A DNA stretch of 64,000 nt from positions 160,001-224,000 of the forward strand of contig CAWVVV010000002.1 in assembly GCA_963933835.1 (NCBI GenBank). The letters are read 5' to 3'. How positions within the stretch are numbered: position 1 is the stretch's first letter; the number at the start of each line of letters is the position of its first letter. The DNA is from an uncultured Puniceicoccaceae bacterium. Its GTDB lineage: Bacteria; Verrucomicrobiota; Verrucomicrobiia; Opitutales; Oceanipulchritudinaceae. Of the stretch, positions 33,401-44,931 are shown piece by piece. The notes below the pieces were generated by a model. It had not been told where the DNA came from, did no database searches, and saw only the letters and a program-made list of their open reading frames with translations. Made by a program: the position numbers and the translations under genes.

Positions 33401-34732
33401 ATGCCAACCAACCCGTTTTTCATGAGAGCTCAGTGTATTTTCGCTGTCACTATAATCGCTCTATCCGGTGTTACTTTTACCACCGCTGCGAAGCCTCTTA
33501 AAAATTCGGTTTATTATGAAGGAAACGGCGGATGCCATCCTCCTAGACCCTCAACCTATTATCCACCACTGCTCATCGTCCAGGACCACGGCGAATTTGA
33601 CCAAGCGTTCATCCGAGAGCCTATTCAGTTAGACCCAAGCGGCTTTGTTACAAACGAGGGGAAGCTAGAAATAAGTCAAAAATATGGCCAATTTTATAGC
33701 GAAACTCTGTTCCTGAGACACTTTTCAACGAACTGTTTTAGCGAAGTGAATAGGCCGGGGTTCACTTATTTTGAGTTACCGATTATCTATGTCTTCGAGC
33801 AACCTGATGGGGCCATCATGACGCCGCCTACAGTTGCTCACTTTCTTTCATATCACATGCTCAATGAAGCCAAAGTCCTTACTGTTTTGTCGAATTTTGC
33901 TGCTGATCTGGAGATTGACCCCAAGGGGCAGGTCAAAAAAATTACCCCGCTCAAACGATGGCGAAGTGACAAGAAAGTCATCAATCGGATCTTCGATAAA
34001 ATCAAAGATAGCCAGGGGGACCGCCCACTTTTCAAACCTGCTACCTCGAATGGAAAACCGGTTCCCTGCAATGTGAGATTACACTGGCGCATCCCTGAAG
34101 AAGACAAAGAAGACTTTAAGCGATTGTCCGAGGCAGCGATCAATATTAAGCTCAAAAATGAATATTCGTCGTTGAGCTTATCTGTTCCAGAGCCGCTCGC
34201 TTTCGAGGCATCGAACGAAATGTCTGCATTGGTTTGGAATGACGGTCTTGGACGCGTTCAGGGTGGCTATTTCATGTTTGAGAGCTCAGGCAGTAGAAAG
34301 CTTTATAAAGCTCTTGGTAAACAAATTTGGGAATGGGAACTCCTCGGCTACGCGCCCGCTTATGTCTCCATCTACGAATTCGAATACGACCCTGCAAGCA
34401 GGCAGCTGATCGTAATTAATATCAAATACAGTGATGTCCACTCAGCCGTGCCGATCAATACACCCAGATTCAGGCTTCCGTACGTAAAAGCGGAAGGCGT
34501 ATTCAAAATGATTCTGACTATCTCAGAAGAAGGCAAAGTAAGTAATGTCGAGTTCCTCGAGACGCCCCACAAGGTCCTCAACAAATTTGTGGTCAAAAGG
34601 ATGAAAGACTGGCTCTTTGCGCCTGCTACTGATCAGGGCCGGCCGATTGAAAGCTACATGAACTATGAAATGCCAATCGACCGCGCTGGGCCGGATCTAG
34701 ATGCGCTCGAACGAGCGGTGAGGTATCGCTAG
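33401..34732 (+). CDS. Exported protein with TonB C-terminal-like domain(s)
   Basis: Signal peptide; C-terminal GVFKMILTISEEGKV..V.FLE...W.FAPA..GRPI; low GC. Confidence 0.75.
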   Translation: MPTNPFFMRAQCIFAVTIIALSGVTFTTAAKPLKNSVYYEGNGGCHPPRPSTYYPPLLIVQDHGEFDQAFIREPIQLDPSGFVTNEGKLEISQKYGQFYSETLFLRHFSTNCFSEVNRPGFTYFELPIIYVFEQPDGAIMTPPTVAHFLSYHMLNEAKVLTVLSNFAADLEIDPKGQVKKITPLKRWRSDKKVINRIFDKIKDSQGDRPLFKPATSNGKPVPCNVRLHWRIPEEDKEDFKRLSEAAINIKLKNEYSSLSLSVPEPLAFEASNEMSALVWNDGLGRVQGGYFMFESSGSRKLYKALGKQIWEWELLGYAPAYVSIYEFEYDPASRQLIVINIKYSDVHSAVPINTPRFRLPYVKAEGVFKMILTISEEGKVSNVEFLETPHKVLNKFVVKRMKDWLFAPATDQGRPIESYMNYEMPIDRAGPDLDALERAVRYR

Positions 34733-34789
34733 CTTACCCAAAACCTCGCGAACTTGCCCTGAAGAGAAAATTGCATGATGTATCAGTCT

Positions 34790-35144
34790 ATGTTCGGTTT
34801 CTCGTCGTCCAAGCCAGCCGCGTTGCTCGGCCTCCTCCTTTCGCTCGTTTGGGCAGCGTCGACCTTGGCTGGCAGTGTTCCCCCGCGTGGGTGGAAATCG
34901 ACGAACTCGAACTTGATTTAGAGAACCAAATTCTACGCATTCCGGTTCGCGGAACACCGGCTTCTACTTCCGGCTTGAATACGCAAGCGACCCTGTTGCC
35001 GGTCCTTGGAACAGTGCCCCCTTTACGAATCCTTTGGGAGAAACAAGCGCGATCTCTTTCGTCCCTTTTGTTCTACTGAATTTCAGTGAGCCCATCTACC
35101 TGCGGCTGATCGTAACTGAAGAGGACGAAACCAACCCTTTCTGA
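34790..35144 (+). pseudogene. Small secreted protein pseudogene (two frameshifts)
   Basis: Signal peptide MFGFSSSKPAALLGLLLSLVWAASTLA, then AWVEIDELELD...VRGT, then GFYFRLEYASDP..GPW...IYLRLIVTEEDETNPF* in successive frames. Confidence 0.55.
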
Positions 35145-35181
35145 GTGGCCAAGTAACTTTAATAACTCGGAAGGATCGCAC

Positions 35182-35263
35182 TGGAGGGACAGGCTCCTGC
35201 CTGTCCGAATCGTGGACTAAGATTTTATTGAGCGCAGCGGACCGGCAGGAGCCGATCCCTCCA
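35182..35263. repeat. REP doublet (REPIN-like), copy 2
   Basis: tggagggacaggctcctgcctgtccg ... cggaccggcaggagccgatccctcca. Confidence 0.9.
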
Positions 35264-35409
35264 TTCTTTATCCCTAACCTGGTCGAAATTTCGATTCCTC
35301 AGCCTTCAATATGATATTTCTCATGAGGTCGCCTTCGCGACAGGCTTCACGCAAAATGCTCACGAAAGTTAATTGCGAACATACTCAGCGATGCGAAGTC
35401 TCAGAAGGA

Positions 35410-36627
35410 ATGGTGAGCTTTTCCCATCTTGTGCGCGCACTGCGTATTCCAGCGATCGCTTTCGCCCTGACTGCGGTCAGTGCTCAGGCGCAGACCCCTT
35501 ACGACGAATTTCATCCCTATTTCGAAGCCTTCGTTCCGGCTGTCATCGCGCACGAAGAGCTTCCGGAGGACGCCGCCAGCCCAACCCCTGTGGCCACTGT
35601 CATCGGCACTCACGGCGAGCCCATCGGCAAGCGCATCGCAGCCAACGGCGATCCGTTGCCCCACGAGCCCAAGGGATTCGAAAAATGGGCACCCGCTCGC
35701 AGCTTTGGAGACGCAACGGTGGGTGCCATCTGGGCAGCGCCTGCAGCGAGTTTTCACTTCGCGATCGATACCACTCAGATCGAGCTTCCCAAGCCGCGGT
35801 TTTCAATCCCACGCATCGAAGCGGAGAAGTTCCTCCTCATCAGTAGGGCCCTCGTCAAAAAGTTTGTCCGGATCGAAATCGAAATCGCCCCGAGCGGAAA
35901 AATCACGCGCATCGAAGCCGACAACAAAACGATCACGAGGCTGGCCAAAGAGCTTTTTGAAGAGAACAAGCCTAAGAAAGGCCACCACTTCGAACCCGCC
36001 CGCACCCTCAGCGACGGAGAGCCTTACCGGATTCGAGGCGAGATGCGTTGGGACCTCTCCACTCGGCCAAAAGGGGGTATCATCTGGAAAACAGACACCC
36101 TTGCATGGGATGACCTCAAAGGCCCCAAGGAAGAAATCCCCGTCTATGTAAAGGCCGATGGCCTCGGTGGCGTGCGCGGCGCATGGCTAGCAAACAATGC
36201 CTTCCAAAACCACCGAGCACTGCACAAGGTCCTGCTCACTGCGCTTTCACTACCGATGTCCGGGACCGAGCCCGGCGACGTCGAACGCTGGAGCCTCCGA
36301 GTCTCCCCCATTCTGAACACCGTCCGCCTCTTTCGACGCCAGAAGATCGACCACCGCGCCCCGATCATGCTCATCGCCCCCCGGCCAGAGTATCCACGCA
36401 AGCTCTGGCGACGCGGTTCAGAAGGCTACGTCTACGTCCGCTTTCTGATCGGACCCGAAGGCGAAACCAAGGCTATCGAGATCATCGAAAGCTCCAAAAC
36501 CGCCTTCGAAGACGCCGCCCTCGACGCCCTCAAATTATGGGAATTTGAGCCCGCGCTTTTCAACGGCCGCAAGATCACGAGCGAGGTCATCATGACGCTG
36601 CCCTTTCGCGTTCCGCCGCGGCGATAA
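35410..36627 (+). CDS. Exported protein with a C-terminal TonB domain
   Basis: Signal peptide ending SAQA; PEYPRKLWRRGSEGYVYVRFLIGPEG...FEDAALDALKLWEFEPA..G. Confidence 0.82.
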   Translation: MVSFSHLVRALRIPAIAFALTAVSAQAQTPYDEFHPYFEAFVPAVIAHEELPEDAASPTPVATVIGTHGEPIGKRIAANGDPLPHEPKGFEKWAPARSFGDATVGAIWAAPAASFHFAIDTTQIELPKPRFSIPRIEAEKFLLISRALVKKFVRIEIEIAPSGKITRIEADNKTITRLAKELFEENKPKKGHHFEPARTLSDGEPYRIRGEMRWDLSTRPKGGIIWKTDTLAWDDLKGPKEEIPVYVKADGLGGVRGAWLANNAFQNHRALHKVLLTALSLPMSGTEPGDVERWSLRVSPILNTVRLFRRQKIDHRAPIMLIAPRPEYPRKLWRRGSEGYVYVRFLIGPEGETKAIEIIESSKTAFEDAALDALKLWEFEPALFNGRKITSEVIMTLPFRVPPRR

Positions 36628-36810
36628 GGGCCCAAAGCGTTTTGTCGATGGGGCAGCGAGCACCTTTCGAGGCTATCCCCCCCCACTTGGAAGCACCCTA
36701 AAACGCGATCTGGGCGAAAATAATCCCCTTTATGGCGAAATAGGATTCGCCAAGGCCGTCCTCACCCTCACAGTTATCTCTTTTTTTAGACTAAATCCTC
36801 AAGCTATTAA

Positions 36811-39303
<2,493 letters not shown>

Positions 39304-39306
39304 AAG

Positions 39307-39394
39307 GAAATGATGAATGCAGAGTGGTGAATGATGAATCGTCAACTACACCGCCGCCGCAATTCATCACTCATCATTCAAAACTCACCATTTT
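39307..39394. repeat. Heptamer periodic inverted repeat
   Basis: gaaatga tgaatgc agagtgg tgaatga tgaatcg / caattca tcactca tcattca aaactca ccatttt. Confidence 0.88.
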
Positions 39395-39405
39395 AATATT
39401 TCCCC

Positions 39406-41832
39406 ATGTATACTGAAAACGAAAAGCTGGTTCCGACAAACATCACCCAAGTGATGGAGCGGGCCTACATCGATTATTCGATGTCGGTCATTATCAGCCG
39501 AGCCCTTCCAGATGCCCGCGACGGGCTCAAACCCGTGCAGCGACGCATCCTCTACGCGATGATTCGCCAAGGCATGCTTCACAACCGCCCCTTCCATAAA
39601 TGTGCGAAGGTCGTCGGCGAAGTGATTGGCAACTACCACCCACACGGTGACCAATCGGTCTACGACACCCTCGTCCGCATGGCTCAGCACTGGGTGATGC
39701 GCAGTCCACTCATTGATCCACAAGGCAACTTCGGTTCCGTCGACGGAGATCCGCCGGCCGCGTATCGTTACACTGAGTCGCGCCTTACAGCGCTCGCCGA
39801 AGAGATGCTGCGCAACCTCGACGAAGACACCGTCGACTTCCAGCCCAACTACAATGAAGAGATGTCTGAGCCTTCCGTGCTACCCGCCGGACTGCCGAAT
39901 CTCCTTATGAATGGTTCGACCGGGATTGCTGTTGGGATGACAACGAACATCCCTCCGCATAATCTTGGTGAACTGATCGAAGGTGCCTGCACGCTGATCG
40001 ACAACCCTCACACCTCGATTGATGACCTGATGAAGATCATCCAGGGGCCAGACTTCCCAACCGGTGGTGCCATCCTTGGCCGCGATGGAACTGAGAAATA
40101 CATGCGCACTGGCCGCGGCATCGTCCGCATGCGTGGCACGATTCACACTGAGGAGATTAAGAACGGTAAAGAGCAACTCGTCATCACCGAGCTGCCTTAC
40201 AGCGTCAACCGCGCTAACCTCGTGACTAAGATCGCTGATCTCGTTCGCGATAAAGTGATCGATGGTATCAGTGACCTCCGTGACGAATCGGACGAAAACA
40301 GCCGCATCGTGATCGAACTCAAGCGAGGCGAGATTCCACGCGTCATCGTCAACAAACTCTTTAAGCACACCGCGCTCGAGTCGTCCTTTGGTGTTATCCT
40401 TCTCGCCCTCGTTGATCGTCGGCCGAAGGAAATGAACATCAAGGAGCTACTCGAAGTTTACATCGAGCACCGCCGCGAGGTCGTTCGCCGTCGCTCTGAG
40501 TTCCGCAAGGCGAAGGCTGAATCCCGCGCCCACATCCTCGAAGGCCTCAAGATCGCCCTCGATAATCTCGACGACTTCGTCCGCATCATCCGCGCGAGTC
40601 AAAACCGCGAAGAAGCGCGCACCCGACTGATTGAGAAATACCCTCTCTCTGAGCGTCAGGCGAATGCGATCCTCGACATGCGCCTCTATCAGCTCACCGG
40701 CTTAGAACGCGGAAAGATTGAAGCTGAATACCTCGAATTGATGAAGATCATCGCCGAACTGCGCGAGATCCTCGAAAACGAAAGCCGTCTCCTCGAAGTG
40801 ATCAAAGAAGAGCTTTCCGAGTTAAAAACCAAATACGAAACACCGCGTAAGACACAGTTCCTCGCCGCCGAAGGAGAATTCCGCATGGAAGACCTCATCG
40901 CCAACGAAGGCTGTATCATTACGGTTTCGCATAAGGGCTTTGTTAAACGCACTGCCGTCAGTAGCTACCGTTCACAGAAGCGCGGCGGCAAGGGCGTCAT
41001 TGGCACCGGATCCTACGAAGAGGACTTCACCGAGCACCTCTTCACCGCTTCGACCCACGACTACATGATGTTCTTCATGAACAACGGTCGGGTCTATGTA
41101 GAGAAAGTCTACGACATTCCTGAAGGTAGTCGTATCTCGAAAGGTCGCAGCCTGAAGAATGTTCTCGAAATGCAAGAGGGCGAACGCCTCGCTGCGATGA
41201 TCCCAGTCCAGGACTTCGATCCTGAGAAGCACCTCGTTATGGCGACGGGCAAGGGGATCGTGAAGAAGACGAATCTCAGTGATTACAAAAACTTCCGCAA
41301 GGGTGGCATCATCGGGATTAGAATCGATGAAGGCGATGATCTCATCGGCGTTAAGCTGACCGGTGGAGAAAACGAACTCGTGATGCTTACGCGCAAGGGA
41401 ATGAGCATCCGCTTCTCTGAAGATGTTCTCCGTGACCAAGGTCGCGCGACCCGAGGCGTTAAAGGTATCCGCTTAAAGGGTGAGGGCGACGGCGTCCTTA
41501 CAATGGAAGTCGTTAATCCAGATGAAACGCTTCTCATCGCCGGTAAGAACGGACAGGGCAAACGCACTGACTTCGATCAATACCGCCTCCAAAACCGTGG
41601 CGGGAGTGGTATCATCGCGATCCGCACGGACGGTGTTGCCGGAGCCTTAAGCGTCGCTGAGAAGGATGAAATCATGCTTCTCACGCACAAGGGCCAAGCT
41701 GTTCGCACCCGCGTCTCAGACGTCCGCGTCATTGGGCGCACGACCCAAGGTGTCCGCCTCATCAACCTCGCCAAGGGCGACCACCTCATCGGTATGAGTA
41801 AGGTCGTCGAAGTCGACGAAGAAGAAGCGTAA
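39406..41832 (+). CDS. gyrA: DNA gyrase subunit A
   Basis: RALPDARDGLKPVQRR, YHPHGD, AAYRYTE, GyrA box QKRGGKG. Confidence 0.97.
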   Translation: MYTENEKLVPTNITQVMERAYIDYSMSVIISRALPDARDGLKPVQRRILYAMIRQGMLHNRPFHKCAKVVGEVIGNYHPHGDQSVYDTLVRMAQHWVMRSPLIDPQGNFGSVDGDPPAAYRYTESRLTALAEEMLRNLDEDTVDFQPNYNEEMSEPSVLPAGLPNLLMNGSTGIAVGMTTNIPPHNLGELIEGACTLIDNPHTSIDDLMKIIQGPDFPTGGAILGRDGTEKYMRTGRGIVRMRGTIHTEEIKNGKEQLVITELPYSVNRANLVTKIADLVRDKVIDGISDLRDESDENSRIVIELKRGEIPRVIVNKLFKHTALESSFGVILLALVDRRPKEMNIKELLEVYIEHRREVVRRRSEFRKAKAESRAHILEGLKIALDNLDDFVRIIRASQNREEARTRLIEKYPLSERQANAILDMRLYQLTGLERGKIEAEYLELMKIIAELREILENESRLLEVIKEELSELKTKYETPRKTQFLAAEGEFRMEDLIANEGCIITVSHKGFVKRTAVSSYRSQKRGGKGVIGTGSYEEDFTEHLFTASTHDYMMFFMNNGRVYVEKVYDIPEGSRISKGRSLKNVLEMQEGERLAAMIPVQDFDPEKHLVMATGKGIVKKTNLSDYKNFRKGGIIGIRIDEGDDLIGVKLTGGENELVMLTRKGMSIRFSEDVLRDQGRATRGVKGIRLKGEGDGVLTMEVVNPDETLLIAGKNGQGKRTDFDQYRLQNRGGSGIIAIRTDGVAGALSVAEKDEIMLLTHKGQAVRTRVSDVRVIGRTTQGVRLINLAKGDHLIGMSKVVEVDEEEA

Positions 41833-41857
41833 GAAAAGAGCTAAAGTATCTTATTTT

Positions 41858-41893
41858 CAGCCCCGCTGTTCTCTTTGAGCAGCGGGGCTTTTT
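41858..41893 (+). terminator. Rho-independent terminator after gyrA
   Basis: agccccgctgttc tcttt gagcagcggggct followed by T run. Confidence 0.85.
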
Positions 41894-42049
41894 GTCTTTA
41901 GGCCTAGATACCATAGGGGACGAACGTAGCAGCAGTGGCCATTTCAGATTTAGCCATATCCCATTTGCGCGACTGCCGATTGACTAGGCATCACAATTTG
42001 AATTTCCTCATTCTGTAGATTCGAGTTATCCCCCAACCCGGCATTCAGC

Positions 42050-42515
42050 ATGAGTATCTCCCTCCTGCCTGCGCACGCCCGTCTTCACTGCCTCCTCGCA
42101 TGGGCTTCAGTCTTTATAGCTGGCACGCTTTTCGCCAAGGAATTCAATCCTCATACCGACCCTGAGAACAAAGGTAACTGGGTCTTCATTGAGGATATCA
42201 GCGATGGGTTTAACGGCACAGCTGTCGACACCGATAAGTGGTTCATCCAAGGCGAAGGCGGCAACTATCAGAATAATTTTGTTGGCCGTGCGCCGTCCCA
42301 GTTTGTGCCGCACGCACTTTCCGTTGCAGACGGACACTTCAAGATCACGACGCGATGGGAGCCGGACTACATCTTTTCAGACAAGATCAATCACGGGCGA
42401 AAGTATGAGAATATCACTACAGTCAGATTCCGAAAAAGGTCGGCTAAGACTAGGGTTTAACTCCGAAAACATCGAAGCCTACTTTCCTACATTGTACTCT
42501 GACCTGTCCTACTAG
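42050..42515 (+). pseudogene. Truncated GH16 (agarase/porphyranase-like) glycoside hydrolase
   Basis: Signal peptide; PHTDPENKGNW...SDGFNG..D.DKW, VGRAPSQF, YENITT; breaks near 42420 before any catalytic ExDxxE. Confidence 0.65.
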
Positions 42516-42518
42516 CGG

Positions 42519-43778
42519 TTAACGCCAGCGGGGCACATGGCCCTTATTGTAACCGCGGTTACGCTTCTTTTTCTTCGGCTTGCCTTCGTCCAGAACGGGT
42601 GACCATTCGTATTCGAAGCTATCGAGGCGCTTGCGTTCGATTTCTTTACCGATGAAGCGCTCGATCGAGCGGAGAAAGTCAACTTCACCAGCGGTGTAGA
42701 TCGTGACGGCATCACCTTCGCGCTTTGCACGGCCTGTGCGACCGATGCGGTGAACATAGTCCTCAGCGTGTTGCGGGATGTCGTAGTTGATGACGTGGCT
42801 GACATCACTGATGTCGATACCACGCGCTACAATATCGGTCGCTACAAGGACTTCACTTTTGCCGCTCTTAAAGTCGGCAAGAGCTGCAGTGCGCTCGGTT
42901 TGGGAGCGGTTGGAGTGCAACACCCCGACTTTACCGTGGTCGGCGTTTTCAAGCCAGCGCGCGATAATATCGGCACCCGCTTTGGTCCGCGTGAAAATGA
43001 GGACGCTGTGGTAGTCGATGCTCTTCAAGATCGCGACAAGAAGATCGAACTTCTGCCGCTCATCGACGGGATAAATCGCGTGGCTGATCGTATTTGCAGG
43101 CTGACGCCCACCACCGATTTTAACCTGAGCCGGGTCGTTGAGAAAGCGTTTAACCAAGCGATCGAGCTGCGGAGGGATCGTCGCGGAAAAGAGCAGGCTT
43201 TGGCGGTCCTTATTCTCGCAGCGAGCAAGAATGCGCGTCACATCGGGGAGGAAGCCCATGTCGAGCATACGGTCTGCTTCGTCGAGGACGATCGCGTCGA
43301 GGTCCCTCAAGCTGAGGTTCTTCTGCTCCATGTGGTCGAGGAGGCGGCCCGGCGTCGCGACGATGATGTCGGGGTCTTCATCGAGCTGCTCGCGCTGACG
43401 GCCATATTTCACGCCGCCGTAGAGGAGCGCGAGTTTGAGGCCAAGGTGCTTGTTATAGAACTGAAGCTGTTCATCGACTTGCACCGCGAGCTCACGGGTA
43501 GGCTCAAGGATGAGCACGCGCGGGTTGCCGTTTTCGAGATGCTTTCCGAGGCGAGAAAGGAGCGGGAGGCAGAAGGCAGCGGTTTTTCCGGTGCCTGTCT
43601 GAGAGCCGGCGACAAGGTCGCGGCCATCCAAAAGATAAGGGATCGCTTCAGCCTGAATCGGCGTCGGGTTGAGGTAGCCTTTTTCTTCGACGGCACGAAG
43701 GACGTCGGGATGAAGGCCGAGTTCACTGAAGAGAGGTTCCGCTACGGGATCCTCTGCAGAGGTATCTGATTCACTCAT
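42519..43778 (-). CDS. DEAD-box RNA helicase (RhlE-like)
   Basis: PTPIQ, QTGTGKT, PTRELA, DEAD, SAT, ARGID, HRIGRTGRA. Confidence 0.95.
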   Translation of the reverse strand: MSESDTSAEDPVAEPLFSELGLHPDVLRAVEEKGYLNPTPIQAEAIPYLLDGRDLVAGSQTGTGKTAAFCLPLLSRLGKHLENGNPRVLILEPTRELAVQVDEQLQFYNKHLGLKLALLYGGVKYGRQREQLDEDPDIIVATPGRLLDHMEQKNLSLRDLDAIVLDEADRMLDMGFLPDVTRILARCENKDRQSLLFSATIPPQLDRLVKRFLNDPAQVKIGGGRQPANTISHAIYPVDERQKFDLLVAILKSIDYHSVLIFTRTKAGADIIARWLENADHGKVGVLHSNRSQTERTAALADFKSGKSEVLVATDIVARGIDISDVSHVINYDIPQHAEDYVHRIGRTGRAKREGDAVTIYTAGEVDFLRSIERFIGKEIERKRLDSFEYEWSPVLDEGKPKKKKRNRGYNKGHVPRWR

Positions 43779-43968
43779 GGGTGTTGGACTGGGGTTGTCT
43801 GAATCCCTCGGCTCAAAAACATTTCAAGACCTTGGGACCGGTCCCGACCACACCGCGTGGGGCGAACCTTTCGCGCCCGATGTCGAAGTCGAATCTTTAA
43901 AATTCGTGGTCGGCAATTCCGGAATAAGGCTTTGATTAGGTGTAAGATCTCGCCCAAGGCAAGCACTG

Positions 43969-44811
43969 ATGCCGACGAACGCCCATTCATCCTACCGCGG
44001 ACGCATTGCTCCGACACCCACCGGTCAACTCCACCGAGGACACGCCCGCGCCTTTGGCGTGGCTTGGGCACGAGCAAGGGCAGCAAAAGGAGCGCTCGTC
44101 TACCGCTTAGAAGATCTCGACGAGGACCGATGTAAGGCGGCATACGCGAGCCAAGCGATTGCAGATCTCCACTGGCTTGGGCTCGATTGGGATGAAGCGA
44201 CTGAGGCTCAAAGCGCTCGGAATGTGTTCTTTGGCACAGTCTGGCAACAGCTCTACGAGAAGGGTGCGATCTATCCTTCCGCGCACTCGCGCAAAGATGT
44301 TCAGGGCGCCCTATCTGCTCCACACGAGGGTGACGGTGAGATGATTTTTCCCGCTGAGCTCAGGCCTCCCGAGGGTGCAGGAGGCGACGCCGCCGAACCC
44401 GGTGAGATGAACTGGCGCTTTCGCGTCCCTGATGGCGAACCGATTGAGTTCATTGATGGCCACTTTGGTCCCCAGCGCTTCGTTGCGGGGGAAGACTTTG
44501 GTGACTTTCTTGTCTGGCGGCGAGATGGCGTGCCAAGCTACGAACTCGCCGTCGTCGCTGACGACCATGAAGAAGGCATCACCGAGGTGGTGCGAGGGGC
44601 GGACTTACTTCTCAGCACGGCGAGACAGATTCTTCTCTACCGCACTCTCGCCTGGAACGCGCCAGCATGGTTTCACGTTCCTCTCGTTCGCGATGCAAGC
44701 GGTCAGCGCCTAGCAAAGCGCCATGCGAGTGAAAGTCTCGATACGCTTCGCGATGGCGGCAGCGATCCGAAGGCCTTGCTGGCAGAGGAGCTCAAGGCGG
44801 TTGGGCTATAA
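43969..44811 (+). CDS. gluQ: tRNA glutamyl-Q(34) synthetase
   Basis: GRIAPTPTGQLHRGH, RLEDLD, GDFLVWRRDG, YELAVVADD, VVRGADLL, RLAKR; 280 aa, no anticodon-binding domain. Confidence 0.9.
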   Translation: MPTNAHSSYRGRIAPTPTGQLHRGHARAFGVAWARARAAKGALVYRLEDLDEDRCKAAYASQAIADLHWLGLDWDEATEAQSARNVFFGTVWQQLYEKGAIYPSAHSRKDVQGALSAPHEGDGEMIFPAELRPPEGAGGDAAEPGEMNWRFRVPDGEPIEFIDGHFGPQRFVAGEDFGDFLVWRRDGVPSYELAVVADDHEEGITEVVRGADLLLSTARQILLYRTLAWNAPAWFHVPLVRDASGQRLAKRHASESLDTLRDGGSDPKALLAEELKAVGL

Positions 44812-44824
44812 TTAATCGTTTAAA

Positions 44825-44903
44825 TGGAGGGACCGGCTCTCGCCGGTCCGCAGACAGTTTCAAGGCCTTTCCTACGACGGACCGACAGGAGCCGGTCCCT
44901 CCA
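44825..44903. repeat. REP doublet (REPIN-like), copy 3
   Basis: tggagggaccggctctcgccggtccg ... cggaccgacaggagccggtccctcca, between convergent genes. Confidence 0.92.
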
Positions 44904-44931
44904 TTCATAGAATGAGGTTCTCGAAAACAGC

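Noticed and set aside
35116..35131. Hammerhead ribozyme core CTGAAGAG-GAC-GAAAC
   Set aside because: Stems I and III and a GUH cleavage site cannot be formed; the sequence reads as codons TEEDET of the pseudogene tail
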